In this document: in pieces, positions 7,840-15,445 of the stretch | How positions within the stretch are numbered: the first letter of the stretch is position 1 | Layout: each line of letters starts with the position of its first letter | Assembly: GCA_051439425.1 (NCBI GenBank) | Contig: JBFRWD010000091.1 | Location: 1-15,445 of the forward strand | DNA length: 15,445 nt | Source: Synechococcus sp. | Lineage (GTDB): Bacteria; Cyanobacteriota; Cyanobacteriia; Thermostichales; PCC-7336 | Reading direction: 5' to 3' | Made by a program: the position numbers and the translations under genes | Notes under the pieces: model-generated | What the model saw: only the letters and a program-made list of their open reading frames with translations | Databases searched by the model: none | What the model was told of the DNA's origin: nothing

Positions 7840-8330
7840 AGAATTCTTCGTGGTGATGCCAAGTCTTGTCTTTCATTATGAGCGCGATCGCCCTTTTGTT
7901 AAGAACGATAAAGATTTTATTGTCAATTACTGACCGGATCTTGAGTGGTCGTGCTGGTGAAAGAGGGCAGCGCTTGAGTGGGTTGTATTTGGACAACCTT
8001 GGTGTATGGCCGGATCGGTGTACTAGTGGTGTGCCCGTACTCGTGCTGTGTTTGCGGAACAGTGATTGGGGCAACCCCTTGCAGTAATGTGTTGTCCGAT
8101 TTGATGGCATTACTTCGTAGCAAGCCTGACAACTGATGAGGTCTTGGTACGGTGATAAATGACGTGCACTTCGGTGACATTAATGTAAACTGTCTGCCTG
8201 ATTTGAATCGGTATGAGGGTCGCCTCTTTACCAACATGCTTCATGACAAAAACGAAAGGTTAGGTAACAGGGCGATCGCCGCAACAGCAATTCTGGGGCA
8301 AGCTGAGTCAAACCCATCCGTTTCCATTTT

Positions 8331-8954
8331 ATGACTGAGGAATTCCAACTCAACACGCTATACCTTTCAGGACATCGTGACTTTAACCACCTCACCTCTA
8401 GTATGTTGCGAGGTCAGTCACTCAACGGCAAAGTTTTACCTGATATTCAATTCAATGGGGCGGAATTGGAGGGGATTGATTTTAGCGAATCCGATTTGTC
8501 GTCAGCCTCTATGCGAGGAGCGTTGCTCAATGGCAGTAACCTCAATTCGACAGGATTAATTGGAGCCAATTTGCGAGAAGCAGAATTGCGAGCAGTTGAC
8601 TTAAGTGACAGTAAACTTGAGCACTGCTGTTTGATTGGTGCCGACCTCACAGTGTCAAATTTAACAGCGGCTGACCTGACCTTTGCTCGACTGATTGGTG
8701 CCTGTTTGCGTGCGGCGAATTTGTCGAAAGCCTGTCTGCATCAAGCTGACTTGCGCGGAGCGAATTTGTGGGGGGCAAATGTTCAAGGGGCGAACCTTCA
8801 ACAAGCAGACTTGGTGGCGACAGATTTAAGTGAAACCAATCTGAATGAGGCCGACGTAGCTGGCGCTATCTACAGTGTTGATACCATTTTTCCGCCAGGG
8901 TTTAACCCCGATACCGCCAGCATGGTTCTAGAAAATAGACCCACCCGTGCTTGA
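8331..8954 (+). CDS. Pentapeptide repeat protein
   Basis: A(D/N)LxX repeats (ANLRE AELRA VDLSD, ADLRG ANLWG ANVQG); caps YLSGHRDF and GAIYSVDTIFPPGFNP. Confidence 0.92.
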   Translation: MTEEFQLNTLYLSGHRDFNHLTSSMLRGQSLNGKVLPDIQFNGAELEGIDFSESDLSSASMRGALLNGSNLNSTGLIGANLREAELRAVDLSDSKLEHCCLIGADLTVSNLTAADLTFARLIGACLRAANLSKACLHQADLRGANLWGANVQGANLQQADLVATDLSETNLNEADVAGAIYSVDTIFPPGFNPDTASMVLENRPTRA

Positions 8955-9315
8955 GGACGAGTTGGACACTATATGAGAGTGCGACTGGTCAGGCGACAAA
9001 CTTAGTCCTAAATGGAAGTTAGCCGCACTGTTTTTTGGCGTTGATGCAGCCAGCTCTCTTTCTAGTCTCTATGGGCAATTCGTTTAACGTTACTGGCTTA
9101 TCTGTCCATTGCTACAACCGTACCTGGCACCTATCCCGATGCTAAGACTGAATCTGCGATCCCGAAATGAGTAGTTTGGCCCGGGCCAAGCAGGACATCC
9201 GAGGATACACTCATACCCAGCATTTTGTGCCTCTCTGACCAAGGCGAGCGTACAAGTGACATCGGAGTGCAGCAATTGTGCTGCCGAAGTGGGGGGTGAA
9301 TTCATTGGGGGATGA

Positions 9316-10125
9316 GTGGTGTTAAACGTCTCAAATCACGAACAGGTTTCTGACGCATCGTCGGAACCTTTAGAGGGAGTTGAAGCTTTGCGACAACTCT
9401 CGGAATCGGAAACAACATCTGGCAGAACCTACTGTCGAGATCGCGCCGCCAAGTTGCTGTTGGAGCGCTATGCGGCAGGGGAGCGCGAATTTCGCAGTTT
9501 ACGACTAATTGGAGCAGACCTGCCCGGTATTCAGCTCTGCCATGCAGATTTGCGGGAGGCTAATCTCAGCCGAGCCAATCTTGAGGAAGCCGACCTAACC
9601 GGAATTGATTTGGCAGGGGCTAAATTAGTCGAAGCAAACTTAGTCCAGTCTCAGCTTAGTAAAGCTGAACTCGGCGAAGCATTTCTGATTGGCACTCAGA
9701 TGTCGGACTCTATTTGCAGCGATGCCGATTTTCGGAAGGCAAATTTGGGTCAAGCTAACCTCACTAACGCCTCGCTACAGGGGGCACAGTTACAAGGAAG
9801 TCGCTTGATTAGCAGTGACCTGAGTGGAGCCAACTTGCAAGGGGCCGATCTACAACAGTCCTATCTGATCGAGACGAGGTTCGATCGCGCCAACCTACAA
9901 TCGGCCCAATTACAGGGGGCTGTGATGCAGGGGGCCAGCCTGCGAGACTGCGATCTGACCAATGCAGATCTGACTGAGGCCATTCTGATGGATGCCGATC
10001 TAAGGGGGGCCAATTTGAACAATGCCAACCTCGATGGCAGCGTTCTTGATGGGGCACAGTATGACGAACGAACTGTGTTTCCCCCTACCTTTAATTCCCA
10101 AGCCATCGGTGCTCCGATTACTTAG
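9316..10125 (+). CDS. Pentapeptide repeat protein
   Basis: LLERYAAGEREF cap, a long A(D/N)LxX array and C-terminal GAQYDERTVFPPTF. GTG start at 9316 is uncertain. Confidence 0.92.
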   Translation: MVLNVSNHEQVSDASSEPLEGVEALRQLSESETTSGRTYCRDRAAKLLLERYAAGEREFRSLRLIGADLPGIQLCHADLREANLSRANLEEADLTGIDLAGAKLVEANLVQSQLSKAELGEAFLIGTQMSDSICSDADFRKANLGQANLTNASLQGAQLQGSRLISSDLSGANLQGADLQQSYLIETRFDRANLQSAQLQGAVMQGASLRDCDLTNADLTEAILMDADLRGANLNNANLDGSVLDGAQYDERTVFPPTFNSQAIGAPIT

Positions 10126-10374
10126 CGCTTTCGCCCCTGGGCCCGTGGCCCGGTTGGATAGTGGATTCTCCGGTAGTTATTGCTGGTCTGTACTGGTTCT
10201 AACGAGCTATTCACGATCGTCACCGCGAGTCAGTAATACGGAGCTGAACGCTTACTGTTTTCGATACCACTGAGTTCGCTTGGCTGGAGATTGGGGAACG
10301 AGAACACAATCCGACAATTGCGGGAACGCTAGCTACATGCTCGCGATGGTTCTGTCCTGTTTTGCTAGAGCCTT

Positions 10375-10641
10375 ATGATTGGCGATATACAACAACGTTT
10401 ACTCGTGCTAGAGCTAGACATCTTGGCTTTGGAAGTTGAGCTACGATTGCGCGCTGCACGATCGCTTCCACTGGCGCCATTTCCAGCCCGTTCGCAGTTA
10501 TGGTTGCTGGGATATTTACCCAGCGTGCTCCCCCATTTATCTACTGTTCTGAAAGACATGGAAAGTCTGACGGAACTATCCGATTTCTGGTCTCCCAGCA
10601 GTAGATTGGTGACATCGGCTCAATCTTCCGTCTCTCCATAA
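10375..10641 (+). CDS. Hypothetical small protein (88 aa)
   Basis: ATG start, fills otherwise empty space, Leu-periodic helical N-terminus (IQQRLLVLELDILALEVELRL). No recognised family. Confidence 0.4.
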   Translation: MIGDIQQRLLVLELDILALEVELRLRAARSLPLAPFPARSQLWLLGYLPSVLPHLSTVLKDMESLTELSDFWSPSSRLVTSAQSSVSP

Positions 10642-10688
10642 AATCGGAGCGCCTTCAAGCTACTGCGGTATTGCGGTTGACTATCGTC

Positions 10689-10973
10689 TTACCAAGCATC
10701 CTCGTCGCCGCTGATTAGCCAAGTGATAGACACACCAAGGGCTTTGGCGATCGCCACCAATTCCCAATCAATCACTCTGCGCTTACCATTTTCAATCTGT
10801 CCTACCTTGACGTAGTCCAAGGTAATTCCGTAGCGGGCCAATTTTCCAGCCAGCTCATCTTGAGTTAGCCGTAACTTTTCTCGCATCCAGCGCACCCTGG
10901 GGCCAATGATATTAGCCGGACGGGGATTACTCTTCCGAGAAATAGGATCTGAAGGCTTGGAATTCTGACTCAA
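10689..10973 (-). CDS. XRE/Cro-C1 family HTH transcriptional regulator
   Basis: NIIGPRVRWMREKLRLTQDELAGKL...VGQIENGKRRVIDWELVAIAKALGVSITWL is a typical HTH_3 domain. TTG start is uncertain. Confidence 0.88.
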   Translation of the reverse strand: MSQNSKPSDPISRKSNPRPANIIGPRVRWMREKLRLTQDELAGKLARYGITLDYVKVGQIENGKRRVIDWELVAIAKALGVSITWLISGDEDAW

Positions 10974-11396
10974 CAGTTTGACCTTCGGGCTGTAAATGCC
11001 TCGAGCTTCGAAAGGTAGAGTAAGGCGCTCGATTCGTGCGAGCTAATTTGATGTGAGATAGACAACATAAGGGGTATGGCAGGATTTTCGATTTTCGATC
11101 TTGAGCCACTGCCTCCTGACACGTTCACCTATAGACACTATGCCGAATCCAAGACTTCTACTTCAAGATCCGATCTATGAGTAAAGCCAATCGTTCGGGT
11201 AATGAGAGCGAATATGTCCGTAATCGTCGCCCGTTTCGACATCTTGGCGAAGTTTTCCAAGCGTTGACTGCCCATCGATAAGAATTTATCTACCCAAAGC
11301 ATAGATGCTCTCAATTCCTAAGGATCGATTTTCGATTACTACCCACTGCGACGTCTTCCTAGACTATGGATGTGCATTAAAACCTCCTTTATAAAC

Positions 11397-12428
11397 ATGA
11401 CTGCTGCAAAAGCCTCTCTCTCCTGGACGGGAGATCCACCTACACCAGCATCCGCTAATCAGGTCTCGTTTGGAAGTGTTGAAGATGCTGTAGATCTCTA
11501 TCTGAACGAAATTGGCCGTGTCGATCGCATCGATCACGCAGATGAAATTCGCCTCTCTCGCGCCGTGCGCAAGTTAGTTGATATTCGCGAGATGCGGGAA
11601 GTCATTGAAGAAGAAGTGGGTCAGCGTCCCTCTGACGTTGACGTTGCCGAGCGCATGGGGACCAGCGAGCTAGAGTTGCGTGGTGACGAGCGTCGCGGCA
11701 AGCGAGCTCAGCAACAGCTAATCAACTCGAATTTGAGGTTGGTGGTTAGCGTCGCTAAAAAGTATGTTAATCGAGGCGTTCCGTTCCTCGATTTAATCCA
11801 AGAAGGGAATATCGGCTTGATTCGCGCCACCGAGCGATTCGACGCGGAGCGCGGATACCGATTTAGTACTTATGCCCACTGGTGGATTCGTCAGGGGGTT
11901 ACCCGTTGTATTGCGAACCAAGCCCGTACGATTCGTCTCCCCGTTCATATGGTTGATAAGGTCCGTCATCTGAAACGGACGATCCGCGATCTCACCAAAG
12001 AAAAGGGACGTCGCCCTAGTGATGAGGAGTTGGCGGAAGCGATGGGTGTCAAGCTGAAAAAGCTGCGCACCATTCAACAGTCGGCGACCTTGCCAATTTC
12101 ACTCGATGTAATGGTTGGTCCTGAGGGCGAAACTCGCTTGGGTGATTTGCTAGAAGATACCCAGTCCGATCGCCCTTTTCAGGAAATTGTGGCAAACTCC
12201 ATGCAAAAGGATGTCCAGTCTGCAATGGGGATTTTGAAGCCGATGGAGCGTGATGTCCTGCGCTTGCGCTATGGCTTCGATGGCGGTAAAGGAAAAACCT
12301 TGCGGGAAGTTGGCGAGCATTTTGATTTGACTCGCGAACGCATTCGTCAGATTGAGAAGGAAGCATTGCGTAAGCTGCGATCGATGAAAACCACCCGCCA
12401 CACCTTGGATGGGTATCTAGCGAATTAA
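11397..12428 (+). CDS. RNA polymerase sigma-70 factor, RpoD-like (probable cyanobacterial group 2)
   Basis: Region 1.2 DAVDLYLNEIGR, region 2 NLRLVVSVAKKY...DLIQEGNIGL...FSTYAHWWIRQ, region 3 TIRLPVH, region 4 TLREVGEHFDLTRERIRQIE; short N-terminus. Start at ATG 11397 or 11370. Confidence 0.92.
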   Translation: MTAAKASLSWTGDPPTPASANQVSFGSVEDAVDLYLNEIGRVDRIDHADEIRLSRAVRKLVDIREMREVIEEEVGQRPSDVDVAERMGTSELELRGDERRGKRAQQQLINSNLRLVVSVAKKYVNRGVPFLDLIQEGNIGLIRATERFDAERGYRFSTYAHWWIRQGVTRCIANQARTIRLPVHMVDKVRHLKRTIRDLTKEKGRRPSDEELAEAMGVKLKKLRTIQQSATLPISLDVMVGPEGETRLGDLLEDTQSDRPFQEIVANSMQKDVQSAMGILKPMERDVLRLRYGFDGGKGKTLREVGEHFDLTRERIRQIEKEALRKLRSMKTTRHTLDGYLAN

Positions 12429-12453
12429 CCCCCTCGGTCTATCCCTTCATTGT

Positions 12454-12487
12454 GCCGGTTAGCTGCTTTCACGCTTACCGGCTTTTT
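12454..12487 (+). terminator. Intrinsic terminator of the sigma gene
   Basis: GCCGGTtAGC-N9-GCTtACCGGC followed by TTTTT, 25 bp after the stop codon. Confidence 0.75.
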
Positions 12488-12956
12488 AGTGGTTGAGTGT
12501 GCAGCCAACCTGGTCACCAACAAAAGGAGATTCATATCGCGCCTGGCAATTCACCATGGAGGGGTCTGTTCTCAAAATCAAGGCTTTGAACAGTCTCCAT
12601 ATCTCTAGGCATTGCAGCGGACTGTCACAGCATATCTTCCAAACTCGTATCATCAAATTCTCATATGTGAGGCACCCGACAGACTTTTTGCGGTGTTAGT
12701 ATTTCGATAAATCTTCAGTTTCTAGAAAATCGAAATGTTACAGTTCGATTTCCCCTTGTAGGGCGTTAACCCTTCTCGGATACATTCATCCATCATCGAC
12801 CAATCCCTGATTAAGAGCGTCGCTTCGTGAGTTGACTACGACGCAATGTAGCTGGATCTTCGCCACAATAGCACTTACTTTAGTATTTAAGTGAATATTT
12901 GACTACGATCTATTGTCCCGAACGACGCTGTTGGCGCGAATATTGGAACCAGTAAG

Positions 12957-14309
12957 ATGCATTCTCCTCATGGTGATCGCAAATCAGCGATTTCACTCTC
13001 TCCTCGTCGTAAAAGATGGGGAGTTGCGGCGGCGGGCCTAATTGTGGTTGGTGGCCTGATAGGCATTAGTACTGCCCGCAATAGTTCTCAATCGCAAGCG
13101 ACGGCCCCACCCCCCGCTCTCTCAGTGCGAGTTCAAGATGTAGCCTCCGAATCCATCTTCAAATCATCAGAATTTGTAGGATCCTTGAATGCTTTGGAGC
13201 GCGTTGCTTTGCGCCCTGAGGCTGAGGGACGAGTGCAGCAAATTTTGGTGAGGGAAGGGGAGCGAGTGATTGTCGGTACCCCTATGGTGCAACTGGAGTT
13301 CGATCGTCCCCAAGCCCAGGTAGATGGAGCCTTGGCCAATGTGATGGTTGCTCGCGCTGCACAGAATAGTGCTCGGGCTCAACTGCTGGCGGCTCAAGCC
13401 GACCGAGATCGAGAAGTGGCGGAAGTCGAGCTGCAGATGGCAGAATTTGAGCGCACCGAGTTACTGGTTGGTGAAGGCGCTATCTCCGTTCAAGAGCTGG
13501 ATCGGGTGCGGCGAGATCGGGATGCTGCTGTTGCCGCCTTAAATGCAGCAGAACGCAGAGTGGCATCGTCGGAAGCCGTATTGGAAGAGGCCGAAGCGGC
13601 GATCGCCCAGGCTAACTCCAATGCAACAGTGGCTCAAGAGGATTTGGACGATTACAACATACTGGCACCGATTGCCGGCGTTGTTGGAGATATTCCGGTA
13701 GACGTTGGAGATTATGTCGAAACCGATACCGTTCTGACCTCCGTTGTCCAGAACGAGACATTGGAGCTGCGGCTGGCTATTCCGATCGAACAAGCCAGAG
13801 GATTGCGACCCGATTTGGAGGTGCAATTAACCCTACCGGGGGAAAATGAGCCCATTGCATCGGGACAGATTGACTTTGTCTCACCCCAAGTGGACCCAAC
13901 TCGTCAGGTGATTTTGGCAAAAGCAAGCTTCGATAACCCCGACGGGTTGTTGCGGGACGAGCAATTTGTTGCGGCCAGCATTATTTGGGAAGAAACATCT
14001 GCGCTGACGGTTCCCACATCTGCCGTCTCGTTTATCGGCAATCAAGCATTTGTCTACGTAGTGGCCCAGATTGCGCATGAAGAGACAGGACTCGGTGACT
14101 CGGCAATGGACGGCTCGGATGCCTCTCAAGCCATTGCTCAACTGCGGCCAGTGCAATTGGGAACTCTGCAGCTCAACACTTACGAGATCGTCTCTGGGTT
14201 GAATGCAGGAGAAACCATCGTCACGTCTGGGTTGCTCAATTTGTTTGACGGTGCGGCAATTTCGCCAGAAACAGATGTAGCCACTTTATCCCCCCCATCC
14301 GAGTCCTGA
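12957..14309 (+). CDS. RND efflux periplasmic adaptor (membrane fusion protein, AcrA-like)
   Basis: N-terminal basic+TM anchor, lipoyl halves (LRPEAEGRVQQILVREGERV; ILAPIAGVVGDIPVDVGDYV), long Ala-rich coiled hairpin, GQIDFVSPQVD, SGLNAGETIVTSG. Confidence 0.93.
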   Translation: MHSPHGDRKSAISLSPRRKRWGVAAAGLIVVGGLIGISTARNSSQSQATAPPPALSVRVQDVASESIFKSSEFVGSLNALERVALRPEAEGRVQQILVREGERVIVGTPMVQLEFDRPQAQVDGALANVMVARAAQNSARAQLLAAQADRDREVAEVELQMAEFERTELLVGEGAISVQELDRVRRDRDAAVAALNAAERRVASSEAVLEEAEAAIAQANSNATVAQEDLDDYNILAPIAGVVGDIPVDVGDYVETDTVLTSVVQNETLELRLAIPIEQARGLRPDLEVQLTLPGENEPIASGQIDFVSPQVDPTRQVILAKASFDNPDGLLRDEQFVAASIIWEETSALTVPTSAVSFIGNQAFVYVVAQIAHEETGLGDSAMDGSDASQAIAQLRPVQLGTLQLNTYEIVSGLNAGETIVTSGLLNLFDGAAISPETDVATLSPPSES

Positions 14310-14341
14310 AGCGTTGTTGGTACTAACGGCATCGACATATT

Positions 14342-14369
14342 TCTGGACAAGAGTATCCGGACAAGAGCA
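14342..14369 (+). repeat. Tandem 14-bp direct repeat
   Basis: TCTGGACAAGAGTA followed by TCCGGACAAGAGCA (12/14 identical) in the MFP-GUN4 gap. Confidence 0.8.
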
Positions 14370-14393
14370 TATTGAACGCAAGGTTTTTGGCAC

Positions 14394-15047
14394 ATGGATT
14401 TAGATAAGCAACTGCCCACCGAGAAACTATCTAACTCGCAGGGAGAGAGTTCGCAGCTAGCAGCGATTGCCGAACAATTGGCCCGTTTGAATGCCCAGGT
14501 GGCAACGGTCCAGCAGCAACTAGACACGCTTCCCGAGTTGACGGACACCGTTCAACAAATCGAGGGTACTCTAGCCCTCGTTTCTGACGTCTATCGCTAC
14601 AAACCCTTACAACAACATCTAGAAGCCGGGAATTGGTGGGATGCCGATCTGGCCACAATCCAGTTAATTGTCGAAATTGCTGGTGCAGTGGATATCGAAG
14701 AACTTACACCCAATAGCATTCGGCACATTCCATGCAACGCGTTGCAAACCATCGATCGATTGTGGCGTGACGCCAGCGATGGCCGATTTGGGTTTTCGGT
14801 ACAGATTCAACTGTATGTCGAAGAGGGCGGCAGCCTGAATACGACTGTGGAGCAGAACTCTGAGGTGATTGCTGCTTGGGGCGATCGCTTGGGCTGGCGG
14901 GAGGGAAATCGCTGGCGAAAATGCAGCGAACTGGATTTTAGTCTCGATGCGCCAGTGGGATGTCATCCGTCGCAATGGTGGAACTCCCCCTACGGCTCTA
15001 AGATGACCAACTTTTTCCTGGCAAGACTCCTAACCTGTAGCTTGTGA
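14394..15047 (+). CDS. GUN4 domain-containing protein with N-terminal coiled coil
   Basis: GUN4 core motifs YKPLQQHLEAGNWWDADLAT, IPCNALQTIDRLWRDASDGRFGFSVQ, LGWR, LDFSLDAPVG; N-terminal Gln/Leu heptad segment. Confidence 0.88.
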   Translation: MDLDKQLPTEKLSNSQGESSQLAAIAEQLARLNAQVATVQQQLDTLPELTDTVQQIEGTLALVSDVYRYKPLQQHLEAGNWWDADLATIQLIVEIAGAVDIEELTPNSIRHIPCNALQTIDRLWRDASDGRFGFSVQIQLYVEEGGSLNTTVEQNSEVIAAWGDRLGWREGNRWRKCSELDFSLDAPVGCHPSQWWNSPYGSKMTNFFLARLLTCSL

Positions 15048-15051
15048 CGCC

Positions 15052-15445
15052 ATGTTTGTTGAAACATTTATTCGGCGACCGGTTCTCACCATCGTTTGTT
15101 CCATTGTTGTGTTGCTTGCCGGTTTGGTTAGTCTTCCGACGTTGCCGGTGGAGCAATATCCAGACATTAGTCCGCCACAAGTGGTCGTGTCGGCTACCTA
15201 TATTGGAGCCAATGCCAGTGTTGTGGAAGAAACGGTCACCACTGTTTTGGAACGGGAGATTAACGGTGTTACCGGCATGCGCTACATGTCATCTATTAGC
15301 TCAGAGGATGGCAATAGCAGCATCACCATTACCTTTGACCAAGGCTATGACATCGATATTGCAGCCGTAGATGTCTTGAATCGAGTTTCGGTTGCAGAAC
15401 CACAATTGCCCTCTCCCGTGCAGCAAACGGGCATCAGTATTACCA
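15052..15445 (+). CDS. RND efflux permease (AcrB/HAE1 family), 5' part, truncated by window end
   Basis: Not in the ORF track (no stop in the window). Manual translation: MFVETFIRRPVLTIVCSIVVLLAGLVSLPTLPVEQYPDISPPQVVVSATYIGANASVVEETVTTVLEREINGVTGMRYMSS..., a classic AcrB N-terminus. Confidence 0.95.
   Translation, partial: MFVETFIRRPVLTIVCSIVVLLAGLVSLPTLPVEQYPDISPPQVVVSATYIGANASVVEETVTTVLEREINGVTGMRYMSSISSEDGNSSITITFDQGYDIDIAAVDVLNRVSVAEPQLPSPVQQTGISIT

Larger units (their letters stand above)
96..14888. repeat. Dispersed HIP1 octamer GCGATCGC (at least 11 copies)
   Basis: Copies starting at 96, 2490, 3691, 4227, 5611, 7363, 7884, 8272, 10747, 13599 and 14881; fewer than one is expected by chance in 15 kb. 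A cyanobacterial genomic signature. Confidence 0.85.

Noticed and set aside
7799..8334. ORFs 7799-8110, 7866-8087, 7923-8237 and 8152-8334
   Set aside because: Mutually overlapping, with no recognisable domains or convincing starts.
9090..9305. 71-aa minus-strand ORF between the pentapeptide genes
   Set aside because: No motif, and it occupies the likely promoter region of the second pentapeptide gene.
10689..10973. XRE gene as a prophage repressor or toxin-antitoxin antitoxin
   Set aside because: No integrase, phage gene or co-oriented toxin gene in the window.
12493..12699. 68-aa ORF after the sigma terminator
   Set aside because: TTG start immediately after a terminator and no recognisable features; the AAAGGAGA nearby has no suitably placed start codon.
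15044..15370. 108-aa + ORF in the track
   Set aside because: Wrong frame; the real gene is the AcrB-type permease starting at 15052.
1..15445. CRISPR array, tRNA/rRNA, IS element or riboswitch
   Set aside because: No regularly spaced repeats, cloverleaf motifs, transposase ORF or recognisable aptamer seen by eye; an Rfam/tRNAscan run would be needed to exclude RNA genes fully.

Overview
Cyanobacterial chromosomal window, judged from at least 11 HIP1 GCGATCGC octamers plus plastocyanin, GUN4-domain and pentapeptide-repeat genes and a group-2-like sigma factor. Gene order: DUF502 membrane protein (-); a divergent bdcR/bdcA-like TetR-SDR pair; a divergent LysR / beta-hydroxyacid dehydrogenase pair; a plastocyanin-like cupredoxin; a second LysR (on the minus strand, mislabelled '+' in the ORF track) divergent from a cupin-like protein that converges on a DCC/DUF393 CxxC protein; two tandem pentapeptide-repeat proteins; an XRE regulator divergent from a variant sigma-70 factor; and an RND efflux operon truncated by the window end. 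The most unusual element is a GUN4-domain gene (porphyrin-binding fold) between the RND membrane-fusion and AcrB-type permease genes, which suggests a possible tetrapyrrole-export system. No rRNA, tRNA, CRISPR array or transposase was recognised. Family calls come from motif recognition, not database searches.
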